64,000 nt of DNA from positions 224,001 to 288,000 of the forward strand of contig CAVYRH010000005.1 of the NCBI GenBank assembly GCA_963770835.1. The letters are read 5' to 3'. Both the position numbers and the translations under genes were made by a program. Each line of letters begins with the position of its first letter. Position 1 is the stretch's first letter. Under the pieces are notes generated by a model. The model saw nothing but the letters and a program-made list of their open reading frames with translations, was not told the DNA's origin and made no database searches. The DNA is from an uncultured Pseudomonadota bacterium (lineage in GTDB: Bacteria; Oederibacteriota; Muellerivitia; Muellerivitales; Muellerivitaceae). Shown piece after piece: positions 10,406-19,721 of the stretch.

Positions 10406-10983
10406 TTGTCCCTCCTAATGTCCCCAGCAATTTGAATACTACCAGGGACTAAGATTTTTTCAAAAGAACTTTCAACGAGAGTTACGAAAAACTCGAAAAG
10501 TTCAATACCGTACTCGAAGCATTGAAAGCGTGGTTTTTTGCTGTTTGTTTTGATTTTTGTTTGGATGAAAGAAGTAGTCGTAAATATTTCCGCAATATGG
10601 GCGGCATACCGAACCAAGAGGGCAGACCCCACTACCGATTTCCTGGATAAGAACTTGATCCAGGGGGAGTGGGGTCTGCCGTCGCAGGTGAGCAATCCGC
10701 CGCCCATATTGCGGTTTTTTCTTGGAAAAGGATGTGAGTCTGAGTCAAGTTCCGCTTTAACCTGTTTTAAGTTCCGTTTAAAGTCGGTTGAGGTTCTCTT
10801 TGGAGAAGTTTGAAAAATGGATTGGCTGTGGTCGAAGCCTTGGGTGATTTTGCCTTCGGCCTTTTTCCTATTTGAACGTTCTAGCAGGGAAGGGTCACAA
10901 ATTGGCAAGGCGAGATCTTCGGCCCGTCTATCGGCCTTTAAATGCAAAAGCTCAAATTCAAGGTTCTCGATCATGACTAACAT
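10402..10983 (-). CDS. Possible leader ORF coupled to the integrase start (coding status uncertain)
   Basis: 193 aa ORF whose stop overlaps the int ATG; the homologous region in element 2 is split into two ORFs (18805-19071, 18483-18818) and shows no clear third-position bias. Confidence 0.25.
   Translation of the reverse strand: MLVMIENLEFELLHLKADRRAEDLALPICDPSLLERSNRKKAEGKITQGFDHSQSIFQTSPKRTSTDFKRNLKQVKAELDSDSHPFPRKNRNMGGGLLTCDGRPHSPWIKFLSRKSVVGSALLVRYAAHIAEIFTTTSFIQTKIKTNSKKPRFQCFEYGIELFEFFVTLVESSFEKILVPGSIQIAGDIRRDK
10590..10714 (+). ncRNA. Candidate structured RNA (hairpin A), element 1
   Basis: Nested 16-bp, 13-bp and 7-bp inverted repeats; compensatory changes versus the copy at 18671-18795. 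Confidence 0.6.
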
Positions 10984-11050
10984 CCCGTAATGAGATCGAC
11001 TTCTTGAATTATCTTGAGAGCCCGTGATTATCTTTTCAATGTATTTTATT

Positions 11051-11110
11051 TTCGACTGTCACTAACCGCCACTAGCCGTTCTTTACCATGCTTTACCATG
11101 GATTACCGTC
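11051..11110 (+). repeat. Six 10-bp phased repeats (consensus about nyTkACCryn)
   Basis: TTCGACTGTC|ACTAACCGCC|ACTAGCCGTT|CTTTACCATG|CTTTACCATG|GATTACCGTC; related array near attR at 13531-13580. Confidence 0.7.
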
Positions 11111-11313
11111 ACAAGATTTTTTTAGTGTCGAAAGGGGAATCGAGGCGATCAATCGGCGGTTTGGGTGGTTTAAAAACACTCGTGAAATCATTTAAGCAAG
11201 AATTGATAAGGGTTTGGATGATGTTCCATGGAAGTGAAACTTCCGCGCCATGGAAGTGAAATGTCCTACAGTAGGACATGGAAAGCCAATGTTTTTGATT
11301 ATTTTGGGTGGGT

Positions 11314-11404
11314 TTTTCCATTCTCCGATGGCGAACCCCCCTATCTGCGCATCAAGGTTAGATGCGAGAAACGATAGGGGGGTTCGCCCTCTCCGAATGG
11401 AAAA
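11314..11404. other. Long conserved hairpin B, element 1
   Basis: GGCGAACCCCCCTATC/GATAGGGGGGTTCGCC 16-bp stem plus inner CGCATC/GATGCG and outer TTTTCCATTC/GAATGGAAAA; copy at 19399-19494 differs almost only in unpaired positions. Confidence 0.65.
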
Positions 11405-11707
11405 CTCTGATTGCAATCTGTCAAAGGTAACTGATGATGAAACTGATTAAAAATTAAGATGAAGACCAAAAGACAAGCTGTGGTAGGGGTCAGAAGTGCA
11501 GGGGTGGAATGTAAGTGGTAATGAAAATTGGCGGGGTGGTGATAAAAAAAGCGGGTTATAAGTTTAGGGGTGCGAGTCTTTTGGTGGTTGGGTTAACTGG
11601 GTATTGCTTGTTTAAAATGCTGTAGTAAAATCCACCTTAGAAGCCCGGTTTTGGTTTAAGGTCTTGTTTCCGGGTTGAATCGGCTATAATAATTTTTGAG
11701 GTATTAA

Positions 11708-11943
<236 letters not shown>

Positions 11944-11944
<1 letters not shown>

Positions 11945-12297
11945 TGAAGTTCAAAATCGATGAAAACCTTCCCTCTGAAATCAAACGCCTTTTAATTCAA
12001 GCTGGTCATGATGCCCTTACAGTTAAAGACCAAGATTTAACCGGCCAATCCGATGCAAATTTAGCCGTTGTTTGTTTGGGAGAAAGCCGGGTATTCATAA
12101 CTGCCGATCTGGATTTTTCTGATATTCGGGCTTACCCACCGGAGAAGTATCCTGGAATAATGGTTATCCGGTCTGACCGCCAGGACAAACCAACGATGGT
12201 TGAATTGTTTCGTCCCGTGTTGGATTTATTGACAAAAGAACAGATAAACCAGAGGTTGTGGATCATTGAGCAAGATCGGGTAAGAGTACGGGAATAA
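11944..12297 (+). CDS. DUF5615-family PIN-like toxin
   Basis: MKFKIDENLP, HDALTV, SDANL, RVFITADLDF; TGATG coupling to the DUF433 gene. Confidence 0.88.
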
Positions 12298-12314
12298 GTC
12301 TTCGATACCGAAAG

Positions 12315-13454
12315 TTGGAGGGTGCATTGTCTTCAATGAGAAGCCACTTGATGTTAAAAAAGTCCTTTTATAATGCCATTCTTTTTTTAATAACTCTTTT
12401 ATGTTGTTCTTTTGGATCATTTTCTCAAGCCCTTCCGACTGATGTTGTTATGGGTAATCCAATCAAAGGTGTTGAACTTGGAAAAATTGATGAAGCTTCA
12501 GGAACTTTTATTTTTCGTTCAAAGAAATACGATGGTTTTGTAGATATTGTTAGAAAAAATATGCCTGATGGTGCTGAATTTGGCGAACCCACAAAACGGG
12601 GCGCAAAAGAAAATCACTTAGGTTGGATACCGATTTATTTGGCGGATTTGGCGGGAAACGGGAAAAAGGAAATTTTTCTAATGGCCCCGGACAAAGAATC
12701 TGGTCAAAGAATGTTAATGGTTTTTGATGAAGATGGAAAATTGCTTGATCAACTTCCTTTTGAGAGTATTTGGCCATCATACATGGATTTCGGGTTGATA
12801 AAAAAAGGCGGGCCTATTTGTTTCGGCCTCCATTGGTGCGCGTTGGCGGCTGGGTCTTGTGAAGCGGAATTTTATGTTTTTTGCAATGAAAAAATAAAAC
12901 CAGCCTTAAAGGGTGGAGATATAAGCGAAGATGGGAATTTTACCACGCCAGAATTTAATGATATTAATTACGATGCCATTAAAAGGGGCGATGCTGGAAA
13001 CCCTACTCCATTTGTCCGGAATTACAAATGGCTTAATCCTAATGTAGAAACTTGGAAACATTTGAAAAAAGGTAAGGAGTATTACCACGCGCAAGATTAC
13101 AGAAATGCTATCCAGGAATATATGGCGGCGACTTCGTGCGATGACAAAAACTATGAGGCGTGGGGTTTGATGGGTTATTCTTATTTACGACAAAAGGGTG
13201 CTGCTTATGCTTATGAAGCGTCGCAAGCCCTACAAACCTCAGTTCGAATTAAACCGGATTATTTAATGGGCCATTACAATTTAGCCATCGCTTATTGGGC
13301 ATGGAATCAACCGATATTGGCTGTCAGAGAGGTTGCGAAAGTCGTTCAATTAGATCCAAAGTATCAAGAAGTCATAAACAAAGATCCACAATTTATCCAA
13401 ATCTTGAAATCGGATGTTTACCAGACTTGGAAGAAAACTAATGTTTTACCTTGA
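12315..13454 (+). CDS. Secreted protein with C-terminal TPR repeats (start uncertain, 12327-12351)
   Basis: Hydrophobic N-terminus, DLAGNGKKE Ca-loop-like motif, TPR motifs (AWGLMGYSY, GHYNLAIAY). Confidence 0.75.
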   Translation: MEGALSSMRSHLMLKKSFYNAILFLITLLCCSFGSFSQALPTDVVMGNPIKGVELGKIDEASGTFIFRSKKYDGFVDIVRKNMPDGAEFGEPTKRGAKENHLGWIPIYLADLAGNGKKEIFLMAPDKESGQRMLMVFDEDGKLLDQLPFESIWPSYMDFGLIKKGGPICFGLHWCALAAGSCEAEFYVFCNEKIKPALKGGDISEDGNFTTPEFNDINYDAIKRGDAGNPTPFVRNYKWLNPNVETWKHLKKGKEYYHAQDYRNAIQEYMAATSCDDKNYEAWGLMGYSYLRQKGAAYAYEASQALQTSVRIKPDYLMGHYNLAIAYWAWNQPILAVREVAKVVQLDPKYQEVINKDPQFIQILKSDVYQTWKKTNVLP

Positions 13455-13697
13455 AGAGCCCAAAATGGGAAGCCACTGCATAAAATGCAATAGGTCGTTC
13501 AATTAAAATCGGTGTCATATACGTGTCAAACTCAGTCATGTTTTACCGTGCTTGACCATCCCTTGCCGCCGTTGACCGCCACTTCAAAAAAAAGCCCTTG
13601 CCCTCGCTGGTTATAAAACCGTTGAAGACAAAGGCCTTTAAAAATCTGCTGGGGACTGTGAAATTTTAAAACTACTCGAAACAACTTATCGAATTAA

Positions 13698-13742
13698 CTT
13701 CTAAGCAGTGGGTCACCGGTTCGACTCCGGTCAGGCGCACCA
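13698..13742 (+). repeat. attR of element 1: displaced 3' half of tRNA-Arg(TCT)
   Basis: CTTCTAAGCAGT identical to 9230-9241, then an intact T arm ACCGG-TTCGACT-CCGGT and CAGGCGC-ACCA. Confidence 0.9.
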
Positions 13743-14001
13743 TTTTTTCTTAACAAATGGTAATAATGGAATGGGAGTCGTGAATTTGAAGAGCCGATTG
13801 ATGTAATTGTGTTTTTGTGTAAGCCCTTTCAGCCTTGGAAGAAATTTTCCCAGTCATTCCCGGCAAAACCAAATAAACCTTTACATTTTTCAAGGGGACT
13901 TTTACACTTTTAGGGCTTTTCACCCGAAATCCGGTTGATTTGATTTGGATTGGGGGTTGAAAAGGAAGCCCCTGAGACGACCTCGCGGTGCGGAAGTACA
14001 T

Positions 14002-14079
14002 GGTGGGAGTAGCTCAATTGGTTAGAGCACCAGATTGTGGATCTGGGGGTTGCGGGTTCGATTCCCGTCTCTCACCCCA
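14002..14079 (+). tRNA. tRNA-His(GTG)
   Basis: G-1, anticodon arm CCAGA-TTGTGGA-TCTGG, discriminator C plus CCA. Confidence 0.95.
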
Positions 14080-14221
14080 TTCGTCATTATTCGGAAGATG
14101 AATAAGAGGAATGGGGTCGTGTGCCTTCTATGAAACTTTGAATAGAAAACGACACGCCCCATTTGACGTGGCGATCGCCGAGTTTGGATCGTCCCTGGAT
14201 GGCTTGGGAGTGATGGCGGAT

Positions 14222-14298
14222 GCGCCTGTAGCTCAGTTGGATAGAGCGACAGATTCCGGATCTGTAGGTCAGAGGTTCGAGCCCTCTCAGGCGTACCA
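14222..14298 (+). tRNA. tRNA-Arg(CCG)
   Basis: Anticodon arm ACAGA-TTCCGGA-TCTGT, T arm AGAGG-TTCGAGC-CCTCT, CCA. Confidence 0.95.
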
Positions 14299-14309
14299 TT
14301 TAAAGGAAT

Positions 14310-14385
<76 letters not shown>

Positions 14386-14505
14386 TTTTATCTTTTAATT
14401 AAAGTTGGTTTTGATGGGAGTTATTTGCCTTCCTTAAATAATAATGTTTTGCTGGACTGGATTCATTAACCCAAGCCTTTATTCCATAAATAAAAAAGGG
14501 GAATT

Positions 14506-16845
14506 ATGCGTTACGGTTACTTCGACGTTGCGAACAAAGAATATGTCATTGAGCGGCCGGATACACCCGTGCCCTGGATGAACTATCTTCACAACGATGA
14601 ATATTGCGCCCTTATCTCCAACAACGGTGGCGGCTATAGCTTCCACCTTTCAGCCAGGGACAAGCGCATTTTAAGGTATCGGCTTAACAATATCCCAATG
14701 GACCGACCCGGCCGATATATCTATCTTCGAGACGAAAAAACCAAGGATTTTTGGTCGGCCACCTGGCAGCCGGTTTTGAAGGACCTTTCGGAATATAAAA
14801 CCGAAACCCGCCATGGGTTTGGATACACCCGCGTCACTTCCACTTATCAAGGAATCACTTCAGATACCCTTTATGTCGTTCCGGTAGAGGACAACCTGGA
14901 ACTTTGGAACATCACCCTCACCAATCGGACTTCCTCCGTTAAAAATCTCACCCTTATTTCCTATGCGGAATTGTGTCTTTTCTTCGCTCAAAACGACATG
15001 ATCAATTTTCAATACACTTACAACATTGCCAAGGCATATGAAAAGAACAACACCATCCACCATGCCACGATGATTGAAAATGCAGGCCATTATGCTTTTT
15101 TCTCGGCCGACAAGAAGTTTGAATCCTTTGATTGCGATCGGGAGGCCTTCATGGGCCTCTACCATTCGGAAGCCAACCCCAAGGCGGTTTTAGAAGGGAA
15201 ATGCTCCGGTTCCACGGCGGATGGGGGCAATCCGGTGGCTGCGACCTCCCTTTCGATAACACTTAAACCAGGCGAATCCAAGTCTGTGACTTATATTCTG
15301 GGCGTAGCCTCTTCCATCGTGGCTGGCGAAAAATTGATTTCGAAATATAAGAAGGTTGGAGCGGTCGGTAAAGTCATGTCCGACCTTCAAAAACATTGGG
15401 AAGAGAAATTAAACGCCTTTCAAGTTATTACCCCCGATAAAGACATCAACTTAAGCTTGAATCAGTGGAATGCCTACCAGGTGCATACGACTTTTAGCAT
15501 GTCACGCGGGCCCTCTATCTATGAAGGCGGCATCGGCCGTGGAATGGGTTTTAGGGATAGCAACCAAGATGTCTTAAGTGTTATTCACACCGTGCCCCAG
15601 AAGGTCAAAAAACTGATTACCGATTTAGCCAAAAACATGTTCAAAGACGGAACGGCTTATCATCAGTTCTTCCGTCTGACCGGGGAAGGGGATGGAAAGG
15701 GCTATTCCGATGATCCCCTCTGGATCATTCTTTCCACGACTGCCTACGTTAAAGAAACAGGGGACTTGAAGTTCTTGGGTGAAAAAGTGAAATGGGCGGA
15801 CGGAGGTTCGGCCAGCATGTATGATCACCTCAAGGCGCCTCTGGATTATACCTATAAGAATGTTGGTACTCACCGAATCCCATTGATGGGTTTTGCCGAT
15901 TGGAATGATACCCTTCATATTAATGGTCCCAAGCCGGGTGAAAGCGTTTGGGTGGCCCAATTTTTGGTCAAGTGTGCGAGGGATTTTGCAGAACTGGCCG
16001 AAACCCTCGGTAATGCCTCCGACGCCAAGAAGTATCGTCGAATGGCGGAGGATATGTCGGCCCGCGTGAATAAGGTCTGCTGGGACGGTAAATGGTACGC
16101 CATGGCTTTTGATGGATGGGGAACCATGTTGGGGTCGGACAAACAACCTGAAGGAAAGGTCTATTTGAATACCCAAACCTGGGCTGTTCTTTCAGGAGTT
16201 GCGGATTCCAAGCGAGGCCCTGTTTGCATGGATGCGGTTAAAGAATATTTGGATTCCAAGTACGGTGTGGCCCTGATGTATCCGGGGTTCAAACACTTCA
16301 GCCCGCGACTTGGTGGCGTCAGTACCTTCCCGCCGGGGCTTAAAGAAAACGGTGGTATTTTTTCTCACGCAAATCCTTGGGCCGTAATTGCCGAAACCCG
16401 CTTAGGCCGGGTCGAAAACGCCATGAAATATTATCGTCAGCTTTTGCCGTCGACCAAAGACCAGATTCAAGATGTCCACAGGGCCGAACCCTACGTTTAT
16501 GCCCAAGCCATCGCCTCGCGGGAACACCGTGATTTTGGCTTTGCGCGTAATTCCTGGTTAACAGGCGCCGCCACCTGGAACTTCGTTGCGGGCACCCAAT
16601 ATATACTGGGAATCCGTCCGACCTACTCTGGGTTGATGGTGGATCCGTGCATCCCCAAGGATTGGGGTAAGTTCACAGTCACCCGTAGGTTCCGCGGTTC
16701 AACCTACCATATCGCCGTTAAAAACCCTCGGCATGTTAGCAAGGGTGTATCATCCCTAAGTGTGAATGGTAAGAAGATTACTGGGAACATCATTCCTGCT
16801 CAACGCTCACCGAAAACGATCGAAGTCGAGGTGGTTCTAGGTTAG
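14506..16845 (+). CDS. GH94 glycoside phosphorylase (cellobiose/chitobiose phosphorylase family)
   Basis: MRYGYFD..EYVI..PDTP.PWMNYL, GRGMGFRDSNQD, DWND catalytic Asp, PPGLKENGGIFSH, NSWLTG. Confidence 0.93.
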   Translation: MRYGYFDVANKEYVIERPDTPVPWMNYLHNDEYCALISNNGGGYSFHLSARDKRILRYRLNNIPMDRPGRYIYLRDEKTKDFWSATWQPVLKDLSEYKTETRHGFGYTRVTSTYQGITSDTLYVVPVEDNLELWNITLTNRTSSVKNLTLISYAELCLFFAQNDMINFQYTYNIAKAYEKNNTIHHATMIENAGHYAFFSADKKFESFDCDREAFMGLYHSEANPKAVLEGKCSGSTADGGNPVAATSLSITLKPGESKSVTYILGVASSIVAGEKLISKYKKVGAVGKVMSDLQKHWEEKLNAFQVITPDKDINLSLNQWNAYQVHTTFSMSRGPSIYEGGIGRGMGFRDSNQDVLSVIHTVPQKVKKLITDLAKNMFKDGTAYHQFFRLTGEGDGKGYSDDPLWIILSTTAYVKETGDLKFLGEKVKWADGGSASMYDHLKAPLDYTYKNVGTHRIPLMGFADWNDTLHINGPKPGESVWVAQFLVKCARDFAELAETLGNASDAKKYRRMAEDMSARVNKVCWDGKWYAMAFDGWGTMLGSDKQPEGKVYLNTQTWAVLSGVADSKRGPVCMDAVKEYLDSKYGVALMYPGFKHFSPRLGGVSTFPPGLKENGGIFSHANPWAVIAETRLGRVENAMKYYRQLLPSTKDQIQDVHRAEPYVYAQAIASREHRDFGFARNSWLTGAATWNFVAGTQYILGIRPTYSGLMVDPCIPKDWGKFTVTRRFRGSTYHIAVKNPRHVSKGVSSLSVNGKKITGNIIPAQRSPKTIEVEVVLG

Positions 16846-16854
16846 GGGGCTTGG

Positions 16855-16883
16855 TTGACAGCCCCCAGTACCCGTGATATAAA
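16855..16883 (+). promoter_or_regulatory. Sigma70-type promoter
   Basis: TTGACA-N17-TATAAA with a TG extended -10. Confidence 0.65.
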
Positions 16884-16930
16884 AACCAGGGTAACGTGTT
16901 TGAGGAGCGGAGGGAAAGAAGGAGCCACTC

Positions 16931-17212
16931 TTGGTAGGGATCATGACGCTCAAGGTCGCCGCAAAAAGTAATCCCTCCACCGTAGCTGGGGCTATTGCGA
17001 ACAACGTCCGGGACGGCAAAAGTGTGGAGATCGTAGCCATGGGCCCCGAAAGCATCAATAACACGGTCAAAGCCATCGCCATCGCTCGGGGGTTTTTGAA
17101 AGGCGACGGGATGGACGCCAACTTCAAGCCGGAATTCATTCATTTGATGATTGATGGCGAAAAGAAAAGCGCCATCAAATTTTTTTTAAATATCGAAAAA
17201 AATTCAAAGTAA
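16931..17212 (+). CDS. spoVS: SpoVS family protein
   Basis: LKVAAKSNPSTVAGAIA, VKAIAIARGF, SAIKF. Confidence 0.9.
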   Translation: MVGIMTLKVAAKSNPSTVAGAIANNVRDGKSVEIVAMGPESINNTVKAIAIARGFLKGDGMDANFKPEFIHLMIDGEKKSAIKFFLNIEKNSK

Positions 17213-17237
17213 GTCCACGGTTTTTAAAGATGATTTC

Positions 17238-17276
17238 AAACCCTAGCCGTTTTAAACGAGCTAGGGTTTCTTTTTT
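17238..17276 (+). terminator. Intrinsic terminator-like hairpin
   Basis: AAACCCTAGC...GCTAGGGTTT followed by a T tract. Confidence 0.6.
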
Positions 17277-17290
17277 ATGCAGAGAAAATC

Positions 17291-17367
17291 GGGCGAATAG
17301 CTCAGCTGGTTAGAGCACCTGCTTTACACGCAGGGGGTCACAGGTTCAAATCCTGTTTCGCCCACCA
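17291..17367 (+). tRNA. tRNA-Val(TAC); attL of element 2
   Basis: Acceptor GGGCGAA/TTCGCCC, anticodon arm CCTGC-TTTACAC-GCAGG, CCA. Confidence 0.96.
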
Positions 17368-17382
17368 TACTTTTCAACACTT

Positions 17383-18486
17383 CTACGACTTCACCTCTTG
17401 CCCGGAAACGGCCCGTGTCATATCCGTGTCAAACTGCCTCTCGACTTGTTTCAGCGCGTTCACCCGGTCTTGCCGATCAATCCGGTTGTACCGTTTGAAC
17501 ATCGCGTAAGTCTTGTGGCCCGATATGGACATGATGACCGAGTCGTTCACCCCCGCCTTCCTCAAGTTCGTCACCGCGCAATGCCGGAGATCGTGGAACC
17601 TGAAATTCTTGATCCCGGCTTTGCGGACGGCCTTCCAGAAGGCGGTTTTGATATTCTTGATGCGCTGACCCTTGTAGGTGAAAACATAGGGGCTTCCAAG
17701 GGTCCTAGGCGTCCTTTTGAGGAGGTCCAAGAGCCCCTCCGTCAGCGGCACCTCCCGTTTCTCCTGGGTCTTGGTGTCCGCGGCTTCCAGGTTGACGACC
17801 TTGTTTTGGAAGTCCACCTGTTCCCACCGCAGTCCCAAAATCTCCCCCCGCCGCATTCCCGTCCAATAAGCCAATTGGAGAATGGTATTCATGCGTGGGG
17901 AACAATATCCCAAAAGTGCTTGGTATTCCTCCTGCGTCAAGGTGCGATCCCGTGATTCTTCCCGGAAGGCCCGAACCTTCTGAATCAGATTTTTCTCCAA
18001 CAAACCGTTGAAGACCGCCCGGTTCATGATGCATTTGAGAACCCCAAGGTCCCGGTTCAAAGTGCAGTTAGACAGAGGCTTTCCCCCAAAGGCAATGTTG
18101 CCCGCCTTCCGCCGTTGGGTCAAATAACCCTCAACGATGTCCGGCGTCAAGCTTCTCAGAGGCCTATTACCAAAATAGCCCTTAAGCCTGTTCACCATGT
18201 GGATGTCGTTCTCATGGCTTTTCCTTCTTGCCTCGGAATAGGCCAGGAACAAATCTGCCGCCTCGGTGAAGGTAACTTCCATTTTTTCCTCGTCCAGAAA
18301 CTTACCCGCCACGATTTCCCGCGTGTGTTGGGATAAGACTTGCTTGGCCTGGGTCAAAGGAATCAACCCTAACCGCACCCTTTTGCGCTTTCTTATACCT
18401 CCTTCCCGGATGAAGTAATCCAGAAAATACCCTTTGTCGTCCTTGCGGAGAAATTGGGGCAATCCATGAACATTAGGTCTACTCAT
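17383..18486 (-). CDS. Tyrosine recombinase / integrase, close paralog of 9290-10405
   Basis: TGMRRGE, FHDLRH, SGHKT, KRYN; near-identical N- and C-termini to integrase 1. Confidence 0.96.
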   Translation of the reverse strand: MSRPNVHGLPQFLRKDDKGYFLDYFIREGGIRKRKRVRLGLIPLTQAKQVLSQHTREIVAGKFLDEEKMEVTFTEAADLFLAYSEARRKSHENDIHMVNRLKGYFGNRPLRSLTPDIVEGYLTQRRKAGNIAFGGKPLSNCTLNRDLGVLKCIMNRAVFNGLLEKNLIQKVRAFREESRDRTLTQEEYQALLGYCSPRMNTILQLAYWTGMRRGEILGLRWEQVDFQNKVVNLEAADTKTQEKREVPLTEGLLDLLKRTPRTLGSPYVFTYKGQRIKNIKTAFWKAVRKAGIKNFRFHDLRHCAVTNLRKAGVNDSVIMSISGHKTYAMFKRYNRIDRQDRVNALKQVERQFDTDMTRAVSGQEVKS

Positions 18487-18670
18487 TCGTCCCTCCTAAT
18501 GTCCCCAGCAATTTGAATATTAGCAGGGGAAAAGATTTTTGCAAATGAACTACCAAGAAAAGTAAAGCCAAACCTGAAAAGCCCAATCACGTCCCAAAAG
18601 TACCGCAAGCATGGTTTTTGATGTTTGTTTGATTTGTTTGAATGGATTAAAGATGTGGTCGTAATTATTT

Positions 18671-18795
18671 CCGCAATATGGGCGGCATAGTGAACCAAGA
18701 GGCCAGCCCCCACTACCTCTTTCCTGCCATCACAAAGTGATGCAGGGGGAGTGGGGGCTGGCGTCGCAGGTGAGCAAAACACTGCCCATTTGTGG
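18671..18795 (+). ncRNA. Candidate structured RNA (hairpin A), element 2
   Basis: GCCAGCCCCCACT/AGTGGGGGCTGGC stem with compensatory changes; outer stem kept through G-U pairs on the + strand. Confidence 0.6.
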
Positions 18796-19398
18796 AATAT
18801 TTCCTTAATTTTCATCACAACCTGCTTGTGGTTCCGTGTAAAGCAGCTTTACGTTCCGATTTACCCTGGATAAGGTTCCGCTTGAATTTTTCGGGAGCGA
18901 AAAAACAGATGCGGACTGAACCAAGGCATGGGGTATTCCCCAAGGCAACAAGTCTGAATTTGAGCGTTGGGATTTTGAAGAGGGACAAACTGGTTTGGAG
19001 GGATCTTCGGGCCGTCTATCGGCCTTTAAATGCAAAATCTCTGATTCAAGGTTTTCGATCATGTTAGTCATCCTGTAATTAAATCGACTTCTTGAATTAT
19101 CTTGAGAGCACGCGGTTATCTTTTCAACGAATTTTATTTTGCGTTGTCACTGACTGCCACTAGCCGTTCTTTACCATGCTTTACCATTGATTACCGTCAC
19201 AAGAATTTTTTAGTGTCGAAAAGGGCATCGAGGCGGTCAATTAGCGGTTTGGGTGGTTTAAAAACACTCGTGGAATCATTTAAGCGAGAATTGATAAGGG
19301 TTTGGATGATGTTCCATGGAAGTGAAACTTCCGCGCCATGGAAGTGAAATGTCCTACAGTAGGACATGGAAAGCCAATGTTTTTGATTATTTTGGGTG

Positions 19399-19494
19399 GG
19401 TTTTTCCATTCTCCGATGGCGAACCCCCCTATCACCGCATCAAGTACGGATGCGAGAAACGATAGGGGGGTTCGCCCTCTCCGAATGAAAAACC
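19399..19494. other. Long conserved hairpin B, element 2
   Basis: Same 16-bp stem as 11330-11388. Confidence 0.65.
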
Positions 19495-19721
19495 TCGATA
19501 GCAATCTGTTGAAGGTTACGGATGATGAAACTGATTAAAAATTAAGACGAAGACCAAAAAAAACTGTAGCAGGAGTCAGAAGTGGCAGGTTGGGATGAAA
19601 GGGCCAGGTGAAAATTGGCGGGAGGCTGAAAAGAAAGGCTGGCTTGGAAGGGTTAGACGGGGCAAAAGCTTGGGAAAGGAAACATGTCATTGTGTGGTTT
19701 GTTTGGCATGTATAATGACGC

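Noticed and set aside
10590..10714. Hairpin A as a bridge-RNA-like guide, 6S RNA or SRP RNA
   Set aside because: Its internal loops are the same in both elements although the targets differ, so they cannot specify the target; 6S and SRP resemblances are only short words, partly on opposite strands.
10749..10814. CRISPR array call for the 22-bp or 42-bp periodic repeats
   Set aside because: Repeats are too short or degenerate, spacers too short, and no cas genes are in the window.
11431..11445. CTGATGATGAAAC resembling a hammerhead ribozyme core
   Set aside because: No stem II between CTGATGA and GAAA, and the homologous site in element 2 is CGGATGA, so the core is not conserved.
11014..11450. 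Four small ORFs repeated in both elements (81, 70, 74 and 66 aa)
   Set aside because: They overlap on both strands and are conserved only because the DNA is nearly identical; none has a protein motif or clear RBS.
16931..17212. spoVS as evidence of sporulation
   Set aside because: SpoVS homologues occur in non-sporulating phyla and no other sporulation genes are present.
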